Source: Candidatus Cloacimonadales bacterium (GTDB lineage: Bacteria > Cloacimonadota > Cloacimonadia > Cloacimonadales > JAIOQZ01). Taken from it: DNA of 64,000 nt. Below are positions 28,323 through 38,109 of the stretch, one piece after another. A model generated the notes under the pieces. It saw only the letters and a list, made by a program, of their open reading frames with translations. It ran no database searches and was not told where the DNA came from. Both the position numbers and the translations under genes were made by a program. Numbering within the stretch: the first letter of the stretch is position 1; each line of letters starts with the position of its first letter. The DNA lies in contig CAXXTU010000002.1 in assembly GCA_963662655.2 (NCBI GenBank), forward strand, positions 3,552,001-3,616,000, read 5' to 3'.

Positions 28323-30722
28323 TTGGAATACTACTACAACATTGCGTTACCAGTAAATCTGTCTCAGTTTTATACGTACAGGAGTCCTGAGCGACTTGAA
28401 CAGGGTTGCCGGGTTCTTGTAACGCTTAAGAATAACGTTTATACGGGCGTAGTGTGGGACGTATGTCCCGAAAGCGATTTGAGTAAAGGTATCAAGTATC
28501 TCCGCATTCAGCAGGTTGTCGATCGGCGCGCGATTGTCCCGGATAACCTGATGCGCCTGGCGGAGTGGATATCGCGCTATTATCGCTGTCCACTGGGCAT
28601 AGCGTTCTTCTCCATGCTTCCTCCGGGACTGAATGTCAGGCTTGCCCAGAAGGTGGTACGAAGCTGCTTGGAGGTAACATCCCTCTCAGATGAAGCGAGA
28701 TCGTTGCTTTCTCTGATTCCTGAGGATGCCGAGACAGATATCTCACAATTGATGGAGACGAGCTCTCAGGATGGATTTTACAACATCCTGGAAGAGCTCG
28801 AGGAGTCGGGCAGTGTTGAGGTTCTGCGGAACATCGACAAGAAGGTGAAGCAGAAGACGGTCAACTACGTAATCGTCGATCCTGACTACGGTGATAAACT
28901 GGATGCCGTCCGGGACGCACCGAAACAGAGGGAGGCTTTCGAGCACATCTTATCGGTTGGCAACGAGTTTCCGCTGGCCCGAATCGCGGAACAGTTCAGC
29001 TACACGATCATCAAAGAATTGCGAAACAAGGGTTTGTTGCGACTCGAGCCCAGGAAGATCATGGATGCCTATCACTTCGAGAAGCCGGAAGGCGAGCGTC
29101 CGAGATTCGAGCTGACAGCAGAACAGGCCCGGGTTTTCGAAGAGGTTTCGTCGGTGCTTGCGGAGGATCGATTTGCGCCGTTTCTCCTCTACGGTATCAC
29201 GGGTAGCGGCAAGACGGAAGTCTATATCCGGCTCATTGAAAAGGTGATTGCGAAGGGGAAAACAGCGCTTTTGCTGGTGCCTGAGATATCCCTGACGCCG
29301 CAGATGGTGCATCGTTTCTACTTGGCGTTTGGCGAGGACATCGCCGTCCTGCACAGCAACTTGAACGTGCGGGAGAAACTGGCCGAGTGGCGCAACATAC
29401 GCGCTGGGCGAGTCCGAATCGTAATCGGAGCTCGTAGCGCGATCTTCGCTCCGCTGAAGGATATCGGCATCATTATCGTGGACGAGGAGCACGAGACGAG
29501 CTACAAGCAGGAATCCGCTCCCCGCTATCATGCCCGGGATATCGCCGTTGTCCGCGCGAAGCAGGAGGGAGCGATTGCTCTTCTGGGCAGCGCGACGCCT
29601 TCGCTGGAGTCCTGGTACAACGCTCGGGAAGGCAATTACGGACTTCTGACCCTTACACTGCGCCCCGCAGGAAGCAATCTGCCGGAAGTGAAGATCATCG
29701 ATATGCGCAAGCAACCTCAGGGAGAGGTGCTCTCCCATCTGCTTCGCAGCAAGATCGAGGATCGCCTGCGCGCTAAGGAGCAGGTAATCCTTTTCCTGAA
29801 CCGGAGAGGTCACGCGTCGTTCTTGCAGTGTACCTCATGCGGGAAGCTTTTCAAGTGCAAGAACTGCGACATCAGCCTGAACTATCACAGCCGGCAGAAG
29901 GAACTGATGTGCCATTATTGCGGCTATCACATTGAGATGCCTCGCAAATGCCCCGATTGCGGAAGCTATCTCTTCGCGTACGGCGCGCCGGGGACGCAGC
30001 AGGCCGAGGAGCAGATTCAGACGATCTTCCCCGAGGCTCGTATTCTTCGCATGGACGCGGATACTACCACCGCGAAGGACAGCTACCAATCGATGTTCGA
30101 CCGAATGAAGAACGGGCATGTGGATATTCTCCTGGGGACGCAAATGATCTCCAAGGGGCTCGATTTCCCCAACGTAACACTGGTGGGCGTCCTCTCAGCC
30201 GAAGTAACGCTCAACGTGCCGGATTTTCGTTCAGCGGAGCGTTCCTTCCAGCTCATTACGCAGGTCGCCGGTCGGGCGGGTCGCAGGGAGAAGGAGGGCG
30301 AGGTGATCATCCAGACCTACAATCCCGAGCATTATTCGATCGTGCTGGCGTCCCATCAGGATTTCCGGGCGTTTTCCCGGGAAGAGCTTGGCTACAGGGA
30401 GCAGTTCCAGTATCCGCCCTATTATCGCATTGCGCGGATATTATTCCGCCACAAAGATAACAACACGCTGAATGCGAAGATGGAGCGACTGAAGATTTTT
30501 CTCCAGCAAGAAAAGAAGCGTTTGCAGGAGCTGAATGTGATTGTGTTCGGTCCGGTCCCCGCCCCGCTGACTCGCGTGGACGACATGTATCGTTATCATG
30601 TGGTGCTCAAGGGGAAGTCGGTGAAGAATCTGCAAATGTGCGTGCAGCATCTCATGAACTACACGAAAGAGATGGGCAATGTGAAGATTACGCTGGATAT
30701 CGATCCGGGATCGCTGATGTAA
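28323..30722 (+). CDS. priA: Primosomal protein N' (replication restart helicase)
   Basis: TTG start; GITGSGKTEVY, DEEHE, two CxxC pairs, GTQMISKGLDFP, QVAGRAGR, DIDP terminus. Confidence 0.97.
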   Translation: MEYYYNIALPVNLSQFYTYRSPERLEQGCRVLVTLKNNVYTGVVWDVCPESDLSKGIKYLRIQQVVDRRAIVPDNLMRLAEWISRYYRCPLGIAFFSMLPPGLNVRLAQKVVRSCLEVTSLSDEARSLLSLIPEDAETDISQLMETSSQDGFYNILEELEESGSVEVLRNIDKKVKQKTVNYVIVDPDYGDKLDAVRDAPKQREAFEHILSVGNEFPLARIAEQFSYTIIKELRNKGLLRLEPRKIMDAYHFEKPEGERPRFELTAEQARVFEEVSSVLAEDRFAPFLLYGITGSGKTEVYIRLIEKVIAKGKTALLLVPEISLTPQMVHRFYLAFGEDIAVLHSNLNVREKLAEWRNIRAGRVRIVIGARSAIFAPLKDIGIIIVDEEHETSYKQESAPRYHARDIAVVRAKQEGAIALLGSATPSLESWYNAREGNYGLLTLTLRPAGSNLPEVKIIDMRKQPQGEVLSHLLRSKIEDRLRAKEQVILFLNRRGHASFLQCTSCGKLFKCKNCDISLNYHSRQKELMCHYCGYHIEMPRKCPDCGSYLFAYGAPGTQQAEEQIQTIFPEARILRMDADTTTAKDSYQSMFDRMKNGHVDILLGTQMISKGLDFPNVTLVGVLSAEVTLNVPDFRSAERSFQLITQVAGRAGRREKEGEVIIQTYNPEHYSIVLASHQDFRAFSREELGYREQFQYPPYYRIARILFRHKDNNTLNAKMERLKIFLQQEKKRLQELNVIVFGPVPAPLTRVDDMYRYHVVLKGKSVKNLQMCVQHLMNYTKEMGNVKITLDIDPGSLM

Positions 30723-30748
30723 ACCGGTATCAAGCAAGGATAAATCGT

Positions 30749-31417
30749 TTAGAACTTGAAGGACGCCGTTAGAACCGGCGTCATGTCGTTCTCCATGTGG
30801 ACGCCCATTTCAAGCCTTCTATTGGCCTTGCGAGCGCTGATCATGGAGTTGAAGCCGCTCACGAGGTGATTCAGGACAATCGCTCCCACCATCGCTTGCG
30901 CATAGTCCTTGTTGCGCTGGATATCCTTGTAGTAGCTGGAGTACTGACTTCTCCTCTCGCGAGAATCCCAGTTCCATTTCTCGTTTTCTGTATATGCGTG
31001 TTCTTCTATATAGGTTGTACGAGCTTCGGGATCATCCGGATACCTGTTGATTGCAGTGCGACGAACGGCTTCGTTGTAGCCTCCGGCCTCGTAGCCCCAG
31101 CTATCGTATTTGGAAAGGTCCTGCTGGTACTTTCCGTCGAAGTTCCCAGGCTGGATACCGGCATACTTCATGGCGTATTCGTAGGCGTGGCGCTCGCTGA
31201 TGTCCGATTCCTCCTGAAAGTAGAACATGGAGCTCCACAAGAGCACTTCCGACACGATAAACGCATAACCAACGCTGTTTCCCTGCGAGAGCTCGCCATA
31301 CCCCGGTACAACGAGCGATTTCAGGAACATGAGTCCCGGGCTATGCTGCGCGAACGCGCTCATGAAAATCATCATGAGCACGAATAGAAGGACGATTTTT
31401 TTAGAAGTGAATTGCAT
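30749..31417 (-). CDS. Exported membrane protein, paralog 3 (DUF5683-like SxxxPGxG motif)
   Basis: Signal peptide; KSLVVPGYGEL; WNWDS; LNHLVSGF; ends VLTASFKF. Confidence 0.75.
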   Translation of the reverse strand: MQFTSKKIVLLFVLMMIFMSAFAQHSPGLMFLKSLVVPGYGELSQGNSVGYAFIVSEVLLWSSMFYFQEESDISERHAYEYAMKYAGIQPGNFDGKYQQDLSKYDSWGYEAGGYNEAVRRTAINRYPDDPEARTTYIEEHAYTENEKWNWDSRERRSQYSSYYKDIQRNKDYAQAMVGAIVLNHLVSGFNSMISARKANRRLEMGVHMENDMTPVLTASFKF

Positions 31418-32075
31418 AATTCAATCGGATCCCATTGTTTTGTAGATCGGGTTCAAAGGAGATATTCTTCAATGCACGATACGCTCGGTTGTGCTTCCGT
31501 GCGCTGGTGGCCGTTGAAATGACCGATACGATACGATTGAGGATTGCGGCTCCCATGGCGAAATTGGAGTAAAGCTCGAAATCCTGCTTTCTGCTGCGGC
31601 GTCTCTTGTACTCGCTCCAGTGGGAGCTGCTCTCCCAACGCCACGCTTCTTCTTCCACGATCAGATAGCTATCGAGATATTCCTGATATGCATCCGGGTC
31701 GTTGTTGTAGATGAGGTAGTAGTTTCTGGCGTCGCGGATCAGGTTGTCGTTGTAATCGTCGCTGCTGTAAAAATTCTGGATGCGCTGGTAGTAGGAATCG
31801 TCCTTTCCCTTGGGAACGCCGGCGTATGCGCTCGCGTAGTCCTGATAAGACTCGATGGCCCAGTCGCGCTCCTGATCCAGCTTGTAGTAAGCAAACCAGA
31901 TCAAAATCTCTGCGCTGATGAATGCCGCGCCTTTTTCATAATTGCCCATGTAGAGGTCGCCGCCGCCGGGAAGAACAGCTGAAAGAGCCATCGCCTTCAG
32001 CGTCGACACTTCCTGCGCGGAGAGTGTAATCAGCACGGTGAGAAACAGGAGAAGGATCAGTGATTTTCGCATCAT
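31401..32075 (-). CDS. Exported membrane protein, paralog 2 (DUF5683-like)
   Basis: True start MMRKSL at 32075 (TAATG overlap); SAVLPGGGDLY; WRWES; LNRIVSVI; ends IRLNYAIHF. Confidence 0.75.
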   Translation of the reverse strand: MMRKSLILLLFLTVLITLSAQEVSTLKAMALSAVLPGGGDLYMGNYEKGAAFISAEILIWFAYYKLDQERDWAIESYQDYASAYAGVPKGKDDSYYQRIQNFYSSDDYNDNLIRDARNYYLIYNNDPDAYQEYLDSYLIVEEEAWRWESSSHWSEYKRRRSRKQDFELYSNFAMGAAILNRIVSVISTATSARKHNRAYRALKNISFEPDLQNNGIRLNYAIHF

Positions 32076-33031
32076 TAGAATTTCCTGCTGAGGATCAACA
32101 TTGGCGTAACATGGTCGTTGCAGAGAATCGGCTGTACGTTGAATTCGTAACGCGGAGCTTTCGAGATGTACTCCACGTTGTAGGATTTTGTTACACGATA
32201 GGCGTCGATGATCGCCACAAGGTGGTTCAGCATGATTCCCCATGTGCAGTAGTCCGCTTTCGTGTAGTAGTCTTCAGCTTCCTGTCGCATATCGATGTAT
32301 TCGTCGCGTAGTGCGGAATCCCTGGATGGATCAGTTTCATCATTATAGTCGGGATTCGTCGGGTAATTCCCGATCCACTTGTGATTCGGATCATCGGCTG
32401 AGGTATCCCACGCCCATGAGTAATTACCCTGGTAACCGTATTTATTATGCCAGTCAGTCCAGCCGAAAACGTATTTGTTGTATTTACCGATATCTTCATA
32501 GAAGTGCTGCGTATTGGTTTCATCGAGCCGGAAATGTGTTTCATCGTAGATGTCTTGCACCTCGGCGTCTTCGCCAATGACATCCATCATATTGTCGCGA
32601 GCTTCATAATACAGCTCTCGATCATAATGCAAGTCGGCGTAATCCTCGTAGGCGTCTTCCTTATCGAGTCCTTCTTTCTGGAAGTGAATATATCCTACCC
32701 AAAGCGCGATCTCGAGAATGGGGAATACATAGCCGGTCCAGGAGCGATAGTTTGCGTAGATCGATCCAGAGCCGGGAATTAACGCGGAACATGCCATTGC
32801 GAGCGCTGCCGATTTCTTCCGGTAGTTTACGACAATGATATCGTCACCGGCAACTTCGTCGATGTCTTCGATTTCCACTTTCGGTCTTTCCTGTTCCTCA
32901 TGTTTAGCCGCTTTTGTATCTTCAAGCTTGATGGTCTCTTCGGTATCCGTGGCGTTGAATTCTTCAACTTCCTGCGCTGCGAGAATGGCGAGCATGCTCA
33001 GAACGAGCAGTACCGACAGTATTTTCTTCAT
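32075..33031 (-). CDS. Exported membrane protein, paralog 1 (DUF5683-like)
   Basis: Signal peptide; SALIPGSGSIY; WAWDT; LNHLVAII; ends MLILSRKF. Confidence 0.75.
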   Translation of the reverse strand: MKKILSVLLVLSMLAILAAQEVEEFNATDTEETIKLEDTKAAKHEEQERPKVEIEDIDEVAGDDIIVVNYRKKSAALAMACSALIPGSGSIYANYRSWTGYVFPILEIALWVGYIHFQKEGLDKEDAYEDYADLHYDRELYYEARDNMMDVIGEDAEVQDIYDETHFRLDETNTQHFYEDIGKYNKYVFGWTDWHNKYGYQGNYSWAWDTSADDPNHKWIGNYPTNPDYNDETDPSRDSALRDEYIDMRQEAEDYYTKADYCTWGIMLNHLVAIIDAYRVTKSYNVEYISKAPRYEFNVQPILCNDHVTPMLILSRKF

Positions 33032-33052
33032 TGATCGCCTCCAGGCAAAGTC

Positions 33053-36000
33053 TTAATTTTCTATACCAAACCGGATGGTTTTCTTTTGTCCGTCCGATTC
33101 AACAATTCCAAAATACAATCCCGAAGCCATATTCCGTGTATCGATGCGAATCGATTCATCCGCTTCATAGCTTCGGTCGCAGATCATATCCCCTGCGATG
33201 TTGTAGAGCTTCACATCGATTTTAGCCTGCGCTCCCTCAACTTTCAGCCGCAACTGGCCGCTTCGCACGGGATTGGGGTAAGCAATCACGCTCAAACGCT
33301 GATCTGCGGATGGGGAATAGGTGATGGCGCCGTAAAAACAGCCGTATCCACCGTTTCGATAGCCATTCCAGTCGATCGGATTTTCGTAAACCTCATCAAT
33401 GGAAGCGATGCCGATTCGGCACACTTCGCTCTGGCTGGCAGGATCCTCGTAAAAATCGTTGTAGATATAATTCAGGCGAGCGCTATCCTTCTCCCAGTGG
33501 AAGAAATCAAGTCCCGGTTTTCCGTTCCATCCGAGCGAGAAGAAGGGTTGATAATCTCCATTGGCGTTTACCGCGAAATACCCCTGTCGCTCTCCCGGCA
33601 TCAGTACAATTGATTGATCCAGCAACTCGACGATTGCGGGATAACCTCCAGGCATGATGTTCAAATCTTCCAGCCGTGCGGGAAATCCATCGGCCATGAC
33701 ACCTTCGGTGTCTATCGCGAAGATGGTGTTTCCAGCCCCGAAGAAGAGGTAGACTCGACCGTCGTCCATGGGCGCGCCGATCGAAAGATTGGTCGTCGCT
33801 GCAGTTGTATACGGATATATCTCGAATATGCGCTTTACCTGTCCATCGCGGATTCTGTACAGATCACCCTCGTCGGACAACATGAAAACGGCATTATTGG
33901 CAACGTTTGCCGTGTCGTAGAATGCGATGGGATCGTAAGAAGTTGCTTCGAACGGCATCGTGATTTCGTTCTCGATCGAGAATTCACTCTGGTAATCGAT
34001 CTTGTACAGAACGCCCTCTGAGAAAGCATACAGATAGCGATCATCCGCGGCCAGGGACGCATTTCCGATTGGGAGAGCGTCGGTATGGGGCGCGAAATCC
34101 TGCGATCCGCCCTTGAATTTGTAGATGAAATTCCCGGTGCAGACGGCAAAACTGTTTTCATTTCCTGCTACCAAAGGGAACGGTGGGGACGTAACCTCCG
34201 ATGTAAAGGTGATGGAACCGAACGACTCGGCTGTCTTCAGAACATGCAAATCTTTGCCGGCCGCAACGACCCATTCGTCGTAGCCGTCTTCATCGTAATC
34301 GAAAGCTATGGGCGTCTGCGTCGGTTTGAATGAGAGCGGGACCTGCGTGAGCATGTCGTTCCAGTCATCCAGGCTTCCGCCATCGTAGAAATGCGATATG
34401 AAATTGACTCCATGATTGGAGAAAACGGGGAATTCGGATATCGTGGAATTGGGAAGGAAATCGGAGAGACCCGCTCTTCCCATTGTTACAACAGAATCGA
34501 TCTCGACGAACGGAACATAGCTGATATTATCGAACATCTGAGCTTTGAAACGGAAGCTGACGATTTCTGGAGGTATATGAAATGGCCGGCTGTAGTGGCC
34601 CGAATCGATGTCGTAGATTTCGAACATGGAAGGCTCACCCGCGTTGGTTTGCAATGCGGGTTGCGTTGTCGATGAAATTCTGTTGTTGAACAGGTTGATA
34701 TCCCACCCGGTGAAATATCCGTTGGTGTCAAGAAGCGGTTTGTACTTGTAGAACGGCTCGTAAACGGTACCGTACCAGTATTGCGAATAGACATTCCCGA
34801 TATCCTCGAGGCCGTCCGCTTCTATGATCTTCACGCCGCGGGATTTGTATTTTGTGTTGACGGAGTTGGCAGCGAAGTTGCTGACAAACTCGCCGTCGCT
34901 TTCGTAGGTGCCTTGCTGATAGATGATCTTCTCGTCGACATGCCACATGATCAGGCCGCCGCCGTAGCTGTTGTTGTTCTCATCGTTCCAGCCGGGAAGA
35001 GCGAAGTCGTATTCGTCCGCGTCGTCGTTGTCGTAACCGGTAGGGTAGAAGATAACCTGGGAGTTGGCTCCGTTGTCTCCAACCATCGTGGTGACACCAT
35101 CCTCATCGTGGTCGGTCTGGCGATTCTCGATGAGAATGTATTCCGTATCGCTGAGAGGTATTTTTACGATGTATGCCTGGTTGGGCCCAATATCGCCGGA
35201 GAACTGCTTACCCGCCGCGATAACCTCGATCGGCTGACTAAGGTCGAACTCGGAGATGTCCTTCAGAAGTCCGTTTGCGCGGAACTCGTTGTTCCAAACG
35301 AGTTCCTTGTGGAACGCGCCGGGTAGCGCCGGGATTCCGCCTTCGATGTAGAAGTATTTTTCTCCGTCCGGAATACCGTCGCCGTCATCGTCCGGGCTCA
35401 TGGTCAGGATAGTGGAGCCACCGCTGTCCATGATGTCCCAATAGCCGACTGCCGGACGGAAATTGAAGGTATTGTAGAGGTCTACGAAGCCCAGCGTGTG
35501 GCCGAACTCATGCGCGGTTACGGAGTTCGTAACGCCGTAGCCATCATAAAATTCGATACCGCCCTCCGTGTAAGAAGAGGTGTCCTGGGTTATCATTTCG
35601 GGTACGTTGCACAAGTGCTTGATGTATTTCGCGCCGTTGTCGACAGCCACTTCCTTGCCGTCGCCGATCGTGATGAAGAACGAAGGAATGTCTCCGGGCG
35701 AGTCCCCCTGAATATCGTGCTGCCAGTCCGCCCCGGCGTGAATCACCATGTAGTGACCATAGTCGGAGAAATTGACCGTAGAGTCCGCATCGGCAGTTTG
35801 AAGGACGTCGCGGAAGTATTCTTCGAAGCGCTCGAGCATCAAGCTAGATGAGGCACCGGGCGGATTGTAGTACTTCATCTCCTGGGGAAGCTCGTAGAAT
35901 GATCCGTCCCGAGGGTAGATGTCGCAATCGAGATCGTAGAATCCCTGACTCACTTCAAGGTAGTAGTAGCGCACCGATTCCATGATTTTGGTGAAATACT

Positions 36001-36313
36001 CGTGATCATGCGGTGGCGCGCCCAACGTGATGGGATAGTCGTCGTCTTCCAGCAGGAACTTACCGTTACCCGTCGTTTGCGGGTCGTCGTCTTCCTGGAA
36101 TTCAGCCAGGATAACCAGGAGCTTGTTGTTGGCTCGAAGCGAAGGCTGCTGAACCTTAAGTCCGCCCCCCATCAATTTCTCGATCGGGTGAACGGGGACA
36201 TCTCTTTTTCGGATGGTTTTCCCGAGAATCGGAATCTTGCCGTCCTTCGCAGGAAGCATGGTGAAGCACATCATGCCTGCGACAAAAAGCAGTAAAGCTG
36301 TTGAACGACGCAT
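33053..36313 (-). CDS. M6 (immune inhibitor A-like) zinc metalloprotease with propeller-like region and T9SS-type C-terminal domain
   Basis: Signal peptide; LLVILAEF, VIHAG, AHEFGHTLGFVDLY, WDIMDSG, EYILIENRQ; C-terminal AYPNPV...LYNIAG...ASGLYF. Confidence 0.85.
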   Translation of the reverse strand: MRRSTALLLFVAGMMCFTMLPAKDGKIPILGKTIRKRDVPVHPIEKLMGGGLKVQQPSLRANNKLLVILAEFQEDDDPQTTGNGKFLLEDDDYPITLGAPPHDHEYFTKIMESVRYYYLEVSQGFYDLDCDIYPRDGSFYELPQEMKYYNPPGASSSLMLERFEEYFRDVLQTADADSTVNFSDYGHYMVIHAGADWQHDIQGDSPGDIPSFFITIGDGKEVAVDNGAKYIKHLCNVPEMITQDTSSYTEGGIEFYDGYGVTNSVTAHEFGHTLGFVDLYNTFNFRPAVGYWDIMDSGGSTILTMSPDDDGDGIPDGEKYFYIEGGIPALPGAFHKELVWNNEFRANGLLKDISEFDLSQPIEVIAAGKQFSGDIGPNQAYIVKIPLSDTEYILIENRQTDHDEDGVTTMVGDNGANSQVIFYPTGYDNDDADEYDFALPGWNDENNNSYGGGLIMWHVDEKIIYQQGTYESDGEFVSNFAANSVNTKYKSRGVKIIEADGLEDIGNVYSQYWYGTVYEPFYKYKPLLDTNGYFTGWDINLFNNRISSTTQPALQTNAGEPSMFEIYDIDSGHYSRPFHIPPEIVSFRFKAQMFDNISYVPFVEIDSVVTMGRAGLSDFLPNSTISEFPVFSNHGVNFISHFYDGGSLDDWNDMLTQVPLSFKPTQTPIAFDYDEDGYDEWVVAAGKDLHVLKTAESFGSITFTSEVTSPPFPLVAGNENSFAVCTGNFIYKFKGGSQDFAPHTDALPIGNASLAADDRYLYAFSEGVLYKIDYQSEFSIENEITMPFEATSYDPIAFYDTANVANNAVFMLSDEGDLYRIRDGQVKRIFEIYPYTTAATTNLSIGAPMDDGRVYLFFGAGNTIFAIDTEGVMADGFPARLEDLNIMPGGYPAIVELLDQSIVLMPGERQGYFAVNANGDYQPFFSLGWNGKPGLDFFHWEKDSARLNYIYNDFYEDPASQSEVCRIGIASIDEVYENPIDWNGYRNGGYGCFYGAITYSPSADQRLSVIAYPNPVRSGQLRLKVEGAQAKIDVKLYNIAGDMICDRSYEADESIRIDTRNMASGLYFGIVESDGQKKTIRFGIEN

Positions 36314-36321
36314 GGGTATCC

Positions 36322-37419
36322 TTAGAATTCGAAACGGAGGGAGAAGGTTTTCTGGTATTCCTGAAGTTCACCACCCTGTTCCATAGCGGCGTCAACGTTA
36401 ATCTTGTATCGTCCGCCCCACTCGAAGCCGAGACCGATACCGAATGAAGCTCCGGACATGGATCCGGCGGGATCGTCGTAGTAACCTGCGCGGAGTGCGA
36501 GGATATCGTAATAGATGTATTCGGCTCCGTACTTACGGATGATTTCACGAGTCTCCTGCTTCTGTGTGTCATCGCTCCATGCGGAGAACATACGGTTGAA
36601 TACACCGTCTTCGTTAGCCAGAAGCTTGTTCCATTCAGCGTTCAAGGTGAACTTGTTCACTTTGGATTCCAGCAGGCGATAGGAGAGACCGAACGCCCAG
36701 TTCATGGGAAGCGGATCCGCCTGGGATTCGTTGATGTATGTGATGTCGGGGCCGATATTTGTCATGGCCCATGCGTAGTCGAGTTTTGAAAGGTACCAGT
36801 AAAATGATTTCCATGGCGTTTCGCCTTCGCCGTAAGTTCTCAGAGAATGTTTGATACCTACGTCGAAAGCCCAGGAAGTTCCCTGACCCTTCTGCGAGGA
36901 TTCGGTTTCACCGGTTCCTTCAGGGGCCAGATCGCTGTGGATGAGCTTGATGGTTGCGCCAAGGCCTACCTGATCGAAAAGTTCGTAAGCGTAGCTTGGT
37001 CCGAGGGCAATTTCGTAGCTATGGAATTCGCCTTCAGGATTCCCTTCCTCGTCCATTCTCTGCTGCTTACCGTAGGTCATGTAAACAACGTGGAAACCGA
37101 TGTTTCCCGTGTCTTCAAAATATTGATTCCAGGCAAGATACATATGGTACATGTCATCGATGCCTTCCGTGTCGCCAAACCAGTTTGTCGCATTGACCGC
37201 AAGCTGGGTTTTTCTGTTGAAAGCCATCGCGCCAGGATTCCAGAATGGAGCGTAGGCATCATCGACCATCGCGATGTATGCGCCACCCATACCGCCAGCA
37301 CGTGAACCGGGCTGAATCATAAGGAACATTACTCCAGCTTCTGATACCGCGCTAAGCACAATCGGTACAAACAGCGCGACGAGCAGTAAACATACAGCTC
37401 CCGTCTTTCGTGTTATCAT
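36322..37419 (-). CDS. porV: PorV/PorQ family outer-membrane beta-barrel (FadL-like)
   Basis: FLMIQPGSRAGGMG, FWNPGAMAF, NIGPDITY...ADPLP, LRAGYY, terminal FEF; GGAGG SD. Confidence 0.85.
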   Translation of the reverse strand: MITRKTGAVCLLLVALFVPIVLSAVSEAGVMFLMIQPGSRAGGMGGAYIAMVDDAYAPFWNPGAMAFNRKTQLAVNATNWFGDTEGIDDMYHMYLAWNQYFEDTGNIGFHVVYMTYGKQQRMDEEGNPEGEFHSYEIALGPSYAYELFDQVGLGATIKLIHSDLAPEGTGETESSQKGQGTSWAFDVGIKHSLRTYGEGETPWKSFYWYLSKLDYAWAMTNIGPDITYINESQADPLPMNWAFGLSYRLLESKVNKFTLNAEWNKLLANEDGVFNRMFSAWSDDTQKQETREIIRKYGAEYIYYDILALRAGYYDDPAGSMSGASFGIGLGFEWGGRYKINVDAAMEQGGELQEYQKTFSLRFEF

Positions 37420-37541
37420 TCTAAACCTCCAGAAAGTTATTCAATTCAAGGAATTACCACAAAAAAACTGGCAATTTTCAATGCAGGCGGAGATAATAAG
37501 TTGTGAACAAGATTATTCTATTGAATCCTCCAAAAAAAATA

Positions 37542-37629
37542 TGGTGCCGAAGGCCGGACTCGAACCGGCACGCCGCAAAACGGCGGTGGATTTTGAGTCC
37601 ACTGCGTCTACCAGTTTCACCACTTCGGC
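37542..37629 (-). tRNA. tRNA-Leu (anticodon CAA), CCA encoded
   Basis: GCCGAAG acceptor stem; GTGGA-CTCAAAA-TCCAC anticodon arm; long variable arm; GCCGG-TTCGAGT-CCGGC T arm; ends ACCA; 88 nt. Confidence 0.97.
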
Positions 37630-38109
37630 ATGCGATAGAAACAGACTCTAAATTCGGCACTCGGTGTCAAGAATTTTCTCACCAATGTTGCCTATCAAGT
37701 AACCGTTACAAGCAAATCCGGGCGACGATCTGTTACAACCGACTAAACTTATAACGAGCATCCATTACCGATGTTACAGGAATATTGAATAATCTTGTGT
37801 GAAATATTTGCTGTTGGCGCGTTCTGTAATCGTATACATATCAATAGATAATGGGTGAAGCCTCCCGTTGCCAACGCGCTTCCATTCATGCTGTTTAATC
37901 CTCGGGAGTGGTTGGATGGCTGAAGTGAAGGTGTATTGACGACTCGAAAAAGCATTAATGAAAATTGGCGTTCATTTTTTTGCGTTTGCATCCGGCGCGC
38001 AGAAAATGATAAAAAAAAGTACATGAAACGAGCGGAGGGAATTATATTGTTGAAAATCTCTGATTCTGTCCCGAAGGGGATATCTCGAATGCTATGGAGG
38101 TTCCAATTC

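Noticed and set aside
37699..37778. Three GTTACA hexamers upstream of the tRNA
   Set aside because: Irregular spacing (27 and 41 bp) and too short to distinguish from chance.
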